Shown piece by piece: positions 25,144-32,000 of a DNA stretch of 32,000 bases. The position numbers and the translations under genes were made by a program. Under the pieces are notes generated by a model. That model made no database searches. It was not told the origin of the DNA and saw nothing but the letters and a program-made list of their open reading frames with translations. Every line of letters begins with the position of its first letter. The first letter of the stretch is position 1. Source of the stretch: Planctomycetales bacterium (GTDB lineage: Bacteria; 4484-113; JAFGCY01); NCBI GenBank assembly GCA_022646745.1, contig CP060262.1, positions 3,630,001 through 3,662,000 of the forward strand. Direction: 5' to 3'.

Positions 25144-26250
25144 ATGAAGTACCTTATACCTATCAGTGGCCTTATCGCCGCAGTGTTGCTCTGCGTTCCC
25201 GCCAGCGCCGAGATCTTCGACCAGTCCAAGCCGAGCCTGGACCGTACCCAGGAGGAGCTCTTCAAGAGCAGCTTCCTCACGGTCGATGTGCCGGTGCCCT
25301 ACATCAAGCCCAAACTGGCAGACATCAGCCGCAACCAGACCTACGGCGCCACGGACCTGATCAACCGCTTCTTCGGCGGCCAGGGCAACGTGACGGACAA
25401 GGAGCAGATCGTGCATCCCGTCTGGGGCAATGGCACGCGCTACAAGTCCGGTATGGTGCTGCGCCTCGTGGAGAGCGGCAGCCAGACGATCAACAACTAC
25501 GAGGACATGGAGATCGTGCCGGCCTTCCTCGACGTATACAGCCGCGGCTTCGTCTACCAGAACAACGTGCCGCACCAGCCGGTGGTGAAGACCGATGTGG
25601 AAATCACGGGCACCTACAGCGCTGACATTGACACATACAACTCCTTCAATGAGAAGGAAGGCCGCACGGCCGTCGAGCGCCTGATCTCACAGATGTTCGG
25701 CGACCTGCAGGTGCCCTCAGGTTTCCAGTCCATCGTGCTGGCCGGCATCCAGGACAAGGGAGAGCGCCTGTTCTCCTACTACGCCTATCCCGAGTTCATC
25801 GCTCCCGTCGAGGTGCCTGACGTGAAAGGTGGCAACACCATCGTCGAATCCGGCGTGCCGGTGCTTGACGTGTACTGCAAGGTGCTGATGGACGGCGACC
25901 GCAACCTGGTCGGGATGGAGTACTTCTGGGACAACGGCATCAAGGCTTCCGGCGGCGTCAAGGATTGCTACAGTGCCAACCAGGCACTGGTGCTGGCCCG
26001 CGAGGCGATCTACAAGAGCTACGACAAGCACCCGCCGCTGCTGACGATCACGAACATCAAGCTTGGCTACTACCAGAGCCGTACCAATTCAGGCAAGCTC
26101 GAGCCGGGCTGGCTGTTTGATGCCTGGTACAGCCAGAAACGTGACCAGCTCAACACGCGCGGAACGACAACGTTCCAGCAGTATGAGTACGTGAATGTGC
26201 CGATGCCCTTTGCGGTGAATGCGATCACCGGGGAGTACGTGGAGCTCTAG
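25144..26250 (+). CDS. Secreted hypothetical protein, possibly with a C-terminal PepSY-like domain
   Basis: Signal peptide MKYLIPISGLIAAVLLCVPASA. GAGGGA RBS. The C-terminal ANQALVLAREAI...ITNIKLGYY...PFAVNAITGEYVEL resembles PepSY ends. Otherwise unrecognised. Confidence 0.6.
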   Translation: MKYLIPISGLIAAVLLCVPASAEIFDQSKPSLDRTQEELFKSSFLTVDVPVPYIKPKLADISRNQTYGATDLINRFFGGQGNVTDKEQIVHPVWGNGTRYKSGMVLRLVESGSQTINNYEDMEIVPAFLDVYSRGFVYQNNVPHQPVVKTDVEITGTYSADIDTYNSFNEKEGRTAVERLISQMFGDLQVPSGFQSIVLAGIQDKGERLFSYYAYPEFIAPVEVPDVKGGNTIVESGVPVLDVYCKVLMDGDRNLVGMEYFWDNGIKASGGVKDCYSANQALVLAREAIYKSYDKHPPLLTITNIKLGYYQSRTNSGKLEPGWLFDAWYSQKRDQLNTRGTTTFQQYEYVNVPMPFAVNAITGEYVEL

Positions 26251-26251
26251 C

Positions 26252-26515
26252 TCAGACGGTCCGGTCGAAGTGTGGATGCTTCTCGGCTTCCTCTTCGGAC
26301 TTCTGCTCTACGCGCACGATCCGCGTCTGCACCAGTTCTTCAACCGCATTCAGTGAGGCCAGGGACACGAGGTCATGCAGCTCCTGGTGCTCGGCCTGCT
26401 CCTCCGGCTGCTCCTCATCCTGGTGGTGCTGGTCCCGGTTGCGCCTGCTCTGCTCACTGCCGATGCCCTTCACCCGGCCCGCCGGCGCCACTCCGTCTAT
26501 GCGCTTGAAGTCCAT
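26252..26515 (-). CDS. Small acidic, His/Glu/Gln-rich hypothetical protein (87 aa)
   Basis: Very high third-position GC in this frame. ATG start. Lies downstream of the LplA-like gene on the same strand. No family recognised. Confidence 0.5.
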   Translation of the reverse strand: MDFKRIDGVAPAGRVKGIGSEQSRRNRDQHHQDEEQPEEQAEHQELHDLVSLASLNAVEELVQTRIVRVEQKSEEEAEKHPHFDRTV

Positions 26516-26551
26516 GCGTATCCGCTATATCGGCAGGGAGCGGCTGCCGGT

Positions 26552-27247
26552 TTAATCGCTGCCGGCGCTGAGGCGTGCCACAAAAGCTGCATACAGCCAT
26601 TCCCGTAGCTGTTCCTTATCCGCGGGATAGCCTTCCTCGGCCAGTCCGGTGATGAAGTCGGCATGGCTGACTCCGGGACGGTCCGGCGGGATCGGCAGGT
26701 AGCGCTCGATTGCCGTGAGCGGGCAGTGCAGCATCAGGGTGCCGTGGTGCAGCACCGCGCGGCGGGCGATACGCTGGGCATTGCCGCTCACCTTGCGTCC
26801 GTTGAGGCTGATGTCAGAAGTGCCGCTGGCAGTCCACTCTCCTCCATATACTGACAATGCCCCGATCACCAGGCTGCGGAAGAAGTCGATGTAGGCTGAA
26901 GTGCTGAGCGCACCCTCCCCCACCAGGCCGCACATTTCATTCAGCTGTGCGCGAGGCACGATGAAGGAGAAGTTCAGGTTGTCATTGTCGTGGTAGACCG
27001 TGCCACCGCCGCTGATGCGGCGCACCACCGGTATCCCGTCCGCCTCGGCCTGCGCGATGTCCACCCACTCGGATGGCTGGTTGCTGCGGCCAAGCACGAT
27101 GCAGGAGTCGTTGACATAGAACAGGCAGGCAGCCCGTTGCTCCTGCGCACACTGCTCCAGCAGGGCAGCTTCGGCAGCGAGGTTGGCACTGATCTCCCGC
27201 CCGGGCAGGACATGCAGCGCCGGCAGTTCCCTACTCACCGTTGTCAA
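26552..27247 (-). CDS. Lipoate-protein ligase A / octanoyltransferase (LplA/LipM) family catalytic-domain protein
   Basis: VRRISGGGTVYHDNDNLNFSFI and GRKVSGNAQR...LHHGTLM are hallmark BPL/LPL catalytic motifs. The start is non-ATG (TTG 27247 or GTG 27238) and overlaps the end of the upstream CE4 gene. Confidence 0.8.
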   Translation of the reverse strand: MTTVSRELPALHVLPGREISANLAAEAALLEQCAQEQRAACLFYVNDSCIVLGRSNQPSEWVDIAQAEADGIPVVRRISGGGTVYHDNDNLNFSFIVPRAQLNEMCGLVGEGALSTSAYIDFFRSLVIGALSVYGGEWTASGTSDISLNGRKVSGNAQRIARRAVLHHGTLMLHCPLTAIERYLPIPPDRPGVSHADFITGLAEEGYPADKEQLREWLYAAFVARLSAGSD

Positions 27248-29189
27248 GCACGAGGACCAGCAGCCTGCCGTCCTCCTGCACGCTGCTGCCAGCCTGCTTC
27301 GAGGTCAGGCGGCCCTGGGGATCCACCAGCACCTGCTGCCATCCCCGGAACTGCTGCGGCAGGCTGAGGCTGATGCCCGGACGCTGGCTGGCCACCATCA
27401 GCACATTGCGATCGCCTGACGAGAACAGTACTGCCTGCATGTCATCGCCGAGCTGCAGTCCGGCTGGGTCCGCTGAGCTGGACATGCCTGCGCTGAATTG
27501 CCGGATCAGCATGAACTCGCGGTAGCCGTTGGCATTTCCATCGAACAGGCTGGCCTGCTCCATCGCTGCCAGGTCCGAGCTGCGCACAGGTATGTAGTAG
27601 GACTGGCCATTGCCAAGCTCAGCCAGGTAGCGTGCCGGGTTGAACAGCCCGAGCTCCATCCGCTCCCGGCCGTCCCGGCTGGCGGCAGCGCTGAAGGGGA
27701 AGTCCAGCGGGGCCTTGCCGACGTTGAATCCGCTGGCATAGCCAAAGCCCTGCAGGCCACATAGCTGCATGTAGCTTGCCAGCCGGTTCCACTCCGAGAT
27801 GTCCGGCGAGCCGGCATAGCTGACGAAGGCAATCAGGCCGTCATCAACCGCCGGCACGCTGGCTGCATATTCACGGCTGGCGAGGTTGATGCTCAGTTCC
27901 GCGCTGCTGCCCAGGGCGACTGGCCCATCAGGGGCGGCTGCCTGTTGCGGCAGCTGCATCGCAGGCTTGCGTCCGTCCGCTGCCATCGCGTCATCCGTTG
28001 CAGCGGCTGCACTTTCCAGCTGTTCGAGATCCTTGGCCTGGCGGGCAGCTTCCGCAATCAGTTCGCCGTTCTCAATCACCGGCGTATCGATGATCTGCAC
28101 TTCCACACTGTCGCGGGCATCACGCCGGTCGCCCGGCTCCTCCACCACGGCGACTATCTGCTGCGGCGGCAGGCCGTCCAGCACCCTGAGCAGGCCGTTG
28201 CCGACCACGGACTCGCTGGCGATCATGTTGCGCGACTTGCCATCGGAAAGCACGCGGCGCAGGTCGTTGTCATCGACAAAGTTGGCATAGACCTTCAGCA
28301 CCCGCGCTGCGTTTCCGCGTGTACCTGCCGGCACGCGCTGCCAGACATCGGCATCAGCCGGGATCCCGCCACTGATGGTGCCGCTTGGCAGGTCCATCCC
28401 CGCCACGGGAGCATCCATCAGGTTGAGTGGCATGCTGTAGTCATTCACAGGGTTGAGCGTCTCCAGCGTCGCCCCGCCACTGACGAGCTGCTGCCATTCA
28501 CTGGCCGTAACGAAGGTGTATCCGTCGGCCCGCAGGTCCTTGATGATGCCCGGCAGGGCCTCGACGGTCTGGCTGACTGTGCTGTGCATCAGGATCACCG
28601 CACCAGGCCCGGCGTTGCCGACAACCCGCTTGCGGATCACGTCAGAGCCCGGACGCTGCCAGTCATTGGGATCCACGCTCCACAGCATGGTGTCCAGCCC
28701 GGCATCGGCAATCTGGTCCACCACCGTGCGGTTGAAGCTGCCATAGGGCGGCCGGAACCAGTGCGGCGTAATGCCGAGCTTCTCGAGGATGCTGCTGGTG
28801 TCGTCAATTTCCTTCTTGATCTGCGCCTTGCTCAGCGTCAGCAGGTCGCGGTGCGTGTAGCTGTGGTTGCCAATTTCATGCCCGTACTCCGCCAGTGCCA
28901 CCACCTGCTCCGGGTAGCGGTCGACATTCCTGCCAACGACGAAGAAGGTCGCGCGGATGCCCTCCTCGCGCAGGATGTCATGCACCTTCATCGTGTAGCG
29001 CACATCGGGGCCGTCATCGAAGGTCAGGGCACAGAACTTGCGTTCGCCCTTCAGCACCTGCTGGTCGATCCGGGTATTGCCGCTCGGCACGAGGTAGCCC
29101 TGGTTGAGGCTGCGTGTGGCGGAGCTGAGCAGGCTTGCAGCTGCGCAAAGCAGCATCAGCAGGGAAAGCCGCTGAATCAGGCACTTCAT
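27231..29189 (-). CDS. Polysaccharide deacetylase (CE4 / NodB homology domain) with an about 430-aa uncharacterised C-terminal extension
   Basis: Signal peptide MKCLIQRLSLLMLLCAAASLL. NodB motifs TFDDGP, GHEIGNHSYTH, FRPPYG, LWSVDPNDW and ILMH. Confidence 0.82.
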   Translation of the reverse strand: MKCLIQRLSLLMLLCAAASLLSSATRSLNQGYLVPSGNTRIDQQVLKGERKFCALTFDDGPDVRYTMKVHDILREEGIRATFFVVGRNVDRYPEQVVALAEYGHEIGNHSYTHRDLLTLSKAQIKKEIDDTSSILEKLGITPHWFRPPYGSFNRTVVDQIADAGLDTMLWSVDPNDWQRPGSDVIRKRVVGNAGPGAVILMHSTVSQTVEALPGIIKDLRADGYTFVTASEWQQLVSGGATLETLNPVNDYSMPLNLMDAPVAGMDLPSGTISGGIPADADVWQRVPAGTRGNAARVLKVYANFVDDNDLRRVLSDGKSRNMIASESVVGNGLLRVLDGLPPQQIVAVVEEPGDRRDARDSVEVQIIDTPVIENGELIAEAARQAKDLEQLESAAAATDDAMAADGRKPAMQLPQQAAAPDGPVALGSSAELSINLASREYAASVPAVDDGLIAFVSYAGSPDISEWNRLASYMQLCGLQGFGYASGFNVGKAPLDFPFSAAASRDGRERMELGLFNPARYLAELGNGQSYYIPVRSSDLAAMEQASLFDGNANGYREFMLIRQFSAGMSSSADPAGLQLGDDMQAVLFSSGDRNVLMVASQRPGISLSLPQQFRGWQQVLVDPQGRLTSKQAGSSVQEDGRLLVLVLDNGE

Positions 29190-29365
29190 CCTAACCCTCT
29201 GTTGATCATCTTTGATTGCTATCCACAGTTCTTCCGCACCCGTGGAGATGATCAACAATTTGTCCACGGATTACCCTGTCAGATTCTAACACAGCGGGGT
29301 GCTCCATCCACGTATCCACACGATGTCCCCATGCTGGCCTATCCTGAATCCACTGCCGCTGTATA

Positions 29366-30454
29366 ATGATGGGCGTGCAGAAGAAGCCCTACGATTTCCT
29401 GTTGTCACTGCTTGAATGCCACAGTCCCTCGGGGCATGAGGCAGCCGCCACCCGGGTCTGGCTGGACTACGTCACGCCCTTCGCGGATGAAGTGATGACC
29501 GATGCCTACGGCAATGCCTTTGCCGTGCTCAACCCCAAGGCGAAGCAGAGCGTGATGTTCGATGGCCACAGCGACGAAGTCGGCATGATGGTCACCTATA
29601 TCGACGAGGAGGGCTACCTCTGGGTCAGTGCCATTGGCGGCATCGACGCCAAGGTGCTGCCCGGCATGCGGGTGCTGGTGCATGCCCCGGACGGAGACAT
29701 CAAGGGTGTGGTCGGCACGATCGCCCCGCACATGCAGACCGGTGATCTTGCTGCACGCACCATCCAGATGAATGAGATTTACGTCGACATCGGTGCGAAG
29801 GACAAGGCCGATGCCGGCCGCTGGGTAAGGCCCGGAGTGACCGTCACGATTGACCATGGCCCCGTGCGACTGCTGGGGGACACGCTATGCGCCCGGGCCT
29901 GTGACAACCGTATCGGCATCTGGAGCAGCGCGGAGGCCCTGCGCCGCTGCAAGGCCGCCGGGGTGAAGCACAAGGTGATCGCCTGCTCAAACGTGCAGGA
30001 GGAGATCGGCCTGCATGGTGCCGCGATGGCGGCCTACCGCTGGGACCCGGATGTATGCCTGGTGGTGGACGTCGGCAACAGCACGGACTTCCCGGATACA
30101 TCCAAGCACATGCGCAACGACATCCGCCTCGGTGGCGGTCCCTGCCAGCGCATAGGTTCCGCCGCGCACCCGGCGGTGGTGGACAGGCTGGATGAGGTGG
30201 CGGCGCAGAAGAAGATCAAGCTGCAGCGGATCCCGATCCCGGTGCGCAGTGGTACCAACGCTGGCTCTATCTACATCAGCCGCAAGGGCATCCCCTGTGG
30301 CATCCTGAGCACACCTAACCGCTACATGCACAGCCCGAGTGAAACGATTGACTTAAACGACCTGGACGCGATCCCGACCCTGATGACGGAGTTCGTGAAG
30401 TCGATCAAGGCCGGTGAGACCTTCACCGTACACAAGGGCGGCCGCCTCAAATAG
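29366..30454 (+). CDS. M42 family metallopeptidase (glutamyl aminopeptidase / FrvX-CelM type)
   Basis: LLECHSPSGHE, DAYGN, MFDGHSDEVG, ACDNRIG, VQEEIGLHGA and RYMHSPSE match the M42 pattern. Confidence 0.85.
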   Translation: MMGVQKKPYDFLLSLLECHSPSGHEAAATRVWLDYVTPFADEVMTDAYGNAFAVLNPKAKQSVMFDGHSDEVGMMVTYIDEEGYLWVSAIGGIDAKVLPGMRVLVHAPDGDIKGVVGTIAPHMQTGDLAARTIQMNEIYVDIGAKDKADAGRWVRPGVTVTIDHGPVRLLGDTLCARACDNRIGIWSSAEALRRCKAAGVKHKVIACSNVQEEIGLHGAAMAAYRWDPDVCLVVDVGNSTDFPDTSKHMRNDIRLGGGPCQRIGSAAHPAVVDRLDEVAAQKKIKLQRIPIPVRSGTNAGSIYISRKGIPCGILSTPNRYMHSPSETIDLNDLDAIPTLMTEFVKSIKAGETFTVHKGGRLK

Positions 30455-30457
30455 CGA

Positions 30458-30479
30458 AATGCCCGCTTGCGCGGGCATT
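30458..30479. terminator. Bidirectional terminator hairpin between convergent genes
   Basis: AATGCCCGC-TTGC-GCGGGCATT perfect 9-bp stem. A T-rich stretch follows on the plus strand and TTTCG on the minus strand. Confidence 0.7.
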
Positions 30480-30507
30480 GGAATTCTTTGGTTGTTTAGA
30501 TTCAGCC

Positions 30508-30933
30508 TCAGCGGCTGTAACGGGCGTATGCCGTATCAAGCTGCATGTCGCGCTTGATGTCACTGATGTTCTGCTCGAAGCCGAAGGGATCACCATTCGG
30601 CAGGCCATTGAAGCGGTCTGAGATTCCGACATGCAGGGACAGGTTGTCGCTCAGCTGGTTGAAGTAGTTGATCGCGAAACGCAGGCGCTGGTCGAAATCA
30701 CCCTCCACACCGTTGTCGGTATAGCGCATCTCATAACCGATCGCACCATAAACCGCAGTGCGCGGCTCGGGGCAGTAATCCGCCAGGTTTGCTTCAAGTT
30801 GGTCACACATCCTGGAAGTCGCCTTGACCTGGTCAGCGATGCATTCGCAGCTGTCATCATTGGCGGAAGCGAAAACCGGCGCAAGCGCCAGGGAGCAGCA
30901 GAGCAGTGCGGTGGTTAATGCCTTCATGTCCAT
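30508..30933 (-). CDS. Secreted 141-aa protein resembling only the first beta-strands of the SLH-porin family (possible porin remnant)
   Basis: Signal peptide ...LAPVFASA. FDQRLRFAINYFNQLSDNLSLHVGI and MQLDTAYARYSR align by eye with FRQRIRFKLGYSKQINDCVKLAWQF and ADIFLHEAYVKYSP of the 13315 porin. Confidence 0.6.
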   Translation of the reverse strand: MDMKALTTALLCCSLALAPVFASANDDSCECIADQVKATSRMCDQLEANLADYCPEPRTAVYGAIGYEMRYTDNGVEGDFDQRLRFAINYFNQLSDNLSLHVGISDRFNGLPNGDPFGFEQNISDIKRDMQLDTAYARYSR

Positions 30934-31017
30934 ATATATACCATCGAATCAAGCGGCATTTCCATAAACAGTCCAATCGGGATTCTTCGCTTCCCTGCTG
31001 GCCTCAACCGCCTTCGA

Positions 31018-31803
31018 TCAGTAGCTCAACTCGAAGTCCACATCATGGGTCAGGTCTACATGGGTGATCCTGAATCCCTTGCCGCCATCCATCTGGCTGT
31101 ATTTGATGTCACCCCTGCTGCCATCAAATGAGTATGCCTTGCCCGTCATGGGATTGATGGTCGTGCTGGACAGGGGTCCGAAACCCTCTTTCACGAGTTG
31201 CTGGATGCTATCCGGATAGTGTCCATTGACATCCAGGAATGCAATCGCTGCATAGCCAAGCTGGCGGATCTGTGCGAACTGGACCAGTTGAGCTTCGTTT
31301 CCCAGCCATTCACGGATTATCTCCTGCTGGCCAGCATTCAGGTCCTGCTCCTTCATCATTTCCGCGAACCGGTCAGCATAGCTGCCCTTGTTCGTGACAA
31401 GCGGACCGTCAACGTCTTCGGTTGATCCGTTCCAGGAGTTGTACAGGCGCAGGTCAGTGATATCTCCTTCAGCCGCAGTGCTTTCTATGTAGATGTCACC
31501 TGAGAAATCAATGCTGGCATCATCCGGATTGATTCTCTCCATTCCGTAACCCAGCAGTACATTGTCAAAAATGCCCTTCTTCGTCACCTCTGACCAGGAT
31601 GCGGGATTGCGGCCGAATGCCAGCTGGAAACCCTCGAGCGCGGCCCGAACCTGGGATTCAGCAATGTCTATCGCCCCACCACGAGTCTTCAGGCCGGGAT
31701 AATCACTTGCATACGTTGTCTCAGCTGACACTGCATTGCCTGCACTGGCAATCAGCATGGCTGCGGCAATTGCCACACCGCTGAGTTGAATCGAGGTCTT
31801 CAT
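31018..31803 (-). CDS. Secreted hypothetical protein
   Basis: AAGGAG lies 8 nt upstream of ATG 31803. Signal peptide MKTSIQLSGVAIAAAMLIASAGNAVSA. No family recognised. The upstream 61 codons of the track ORF lack coding character. Confidence 0.6.
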   Translation of the reverse strand: MKTSIQLSGVAIAAAMLIASAGNAVSAETTYASDYPGLKTRGGAIDIAESQVRAALEGFQLAFGRNPASWSEVTKKGIFDNVLLGYGMERINPDDASIDFSGDIYIESTAAEGDITDLRLYNSWNGSTEDVDGPLVTNKGSYADRFAEMMKEQDLNAGQQEIIREWLGNEAQLVQFAQIRQLGYAAIAFLDVNGHYPDSIQQLVKEGFGPLSSTTINPMTGKAYSFDGSRGDIKYSQMDGGKGFRITHVDLTHDVDFELSY

Positions 31804-32000
31804 AATCCATTCTCCTTCCGGGGCGCAGCAGCAATTGCGACCGAAACCCTGTATCAGCATTCCGGACGCATATGGTGGTGGATAGTTCGGAATGAAATGA
31901 CAATGGAAAGAAAAAGCCCGGCCATTGTGACCGGGCTCATTTCGTTCAAACAAGTTGTGCTGCCTGATCAGAACAGGAAGCTCCACTCCACAACGTAGTA

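Noticed and set aside
26252-26515. Small acidic protein as FlgM anti-sigma factor
   Set aside because: There is only a vague resemblance. The conserved C-terminal sigma-28-binding helices are not recognisable and there is no flagellar context.
27945-29366. 473-aa plus-strand ORF
   Set aside because: It is a shadow of the CE4 deacetylase gene.

Overview
GC-rich (roughly 60%) bacterial chromosomal window with about 29 protein-coding genes and no rRNA, tRNA, CRISPR array or recognisable transposase or integrase. It has four blocks.
(1) 107-13005 is an aromatic amino acid (tyrosine) catabolic supercluster, almost all on the minus strand. It holds a TPL/tryptophanase-family lyase broken by one in-frame TGA, hmgA, a short FAH-family hydrolase, hppD, a heme-oxygenase-like di-iron protein, a DinB-family protein, an OYE ene-reductase, a VOC protein and acetoacetate-CoA ligase. 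A class I aminotransferase is transcribed divergently.
(2) 13315-22332 is the most interesting block. It encodes an SLH-anchored porin with a (CXX)n cysteine run, a lipoprotein nonaheme cytochrome with two PKD/cadherin-like repeats, and a 14-heme periplasmic cytochrome translationally coupled to a 568-aa beta-barrel with an N-terminal Cys cluster. A tetraheme cytochrome and a Zn-ribbon/TM/TPR protein follow. The cytochrome-cytochrome-barrel order matches mtrC-mtrA-mtrB, so I read this as a candidate, apparently undescribed porin-cytochrome electron conduit in a diderm whose outer membrane is SLH-tethered.
(3) About 22.5-25.1 kb is a low-GC (about 40-50%) island with two tandem barrel-less SLH-repeat proteins and a hicBA toxin-antitoxin pair.
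(4) 25.1-32 kb holds secreted hypotheticals, a CE4 deacetylase / LplA-like operon, an M42 peptidase and a truncated porin-like fragment.
Functional calls rest on motif recognition by eye. No searches were run.
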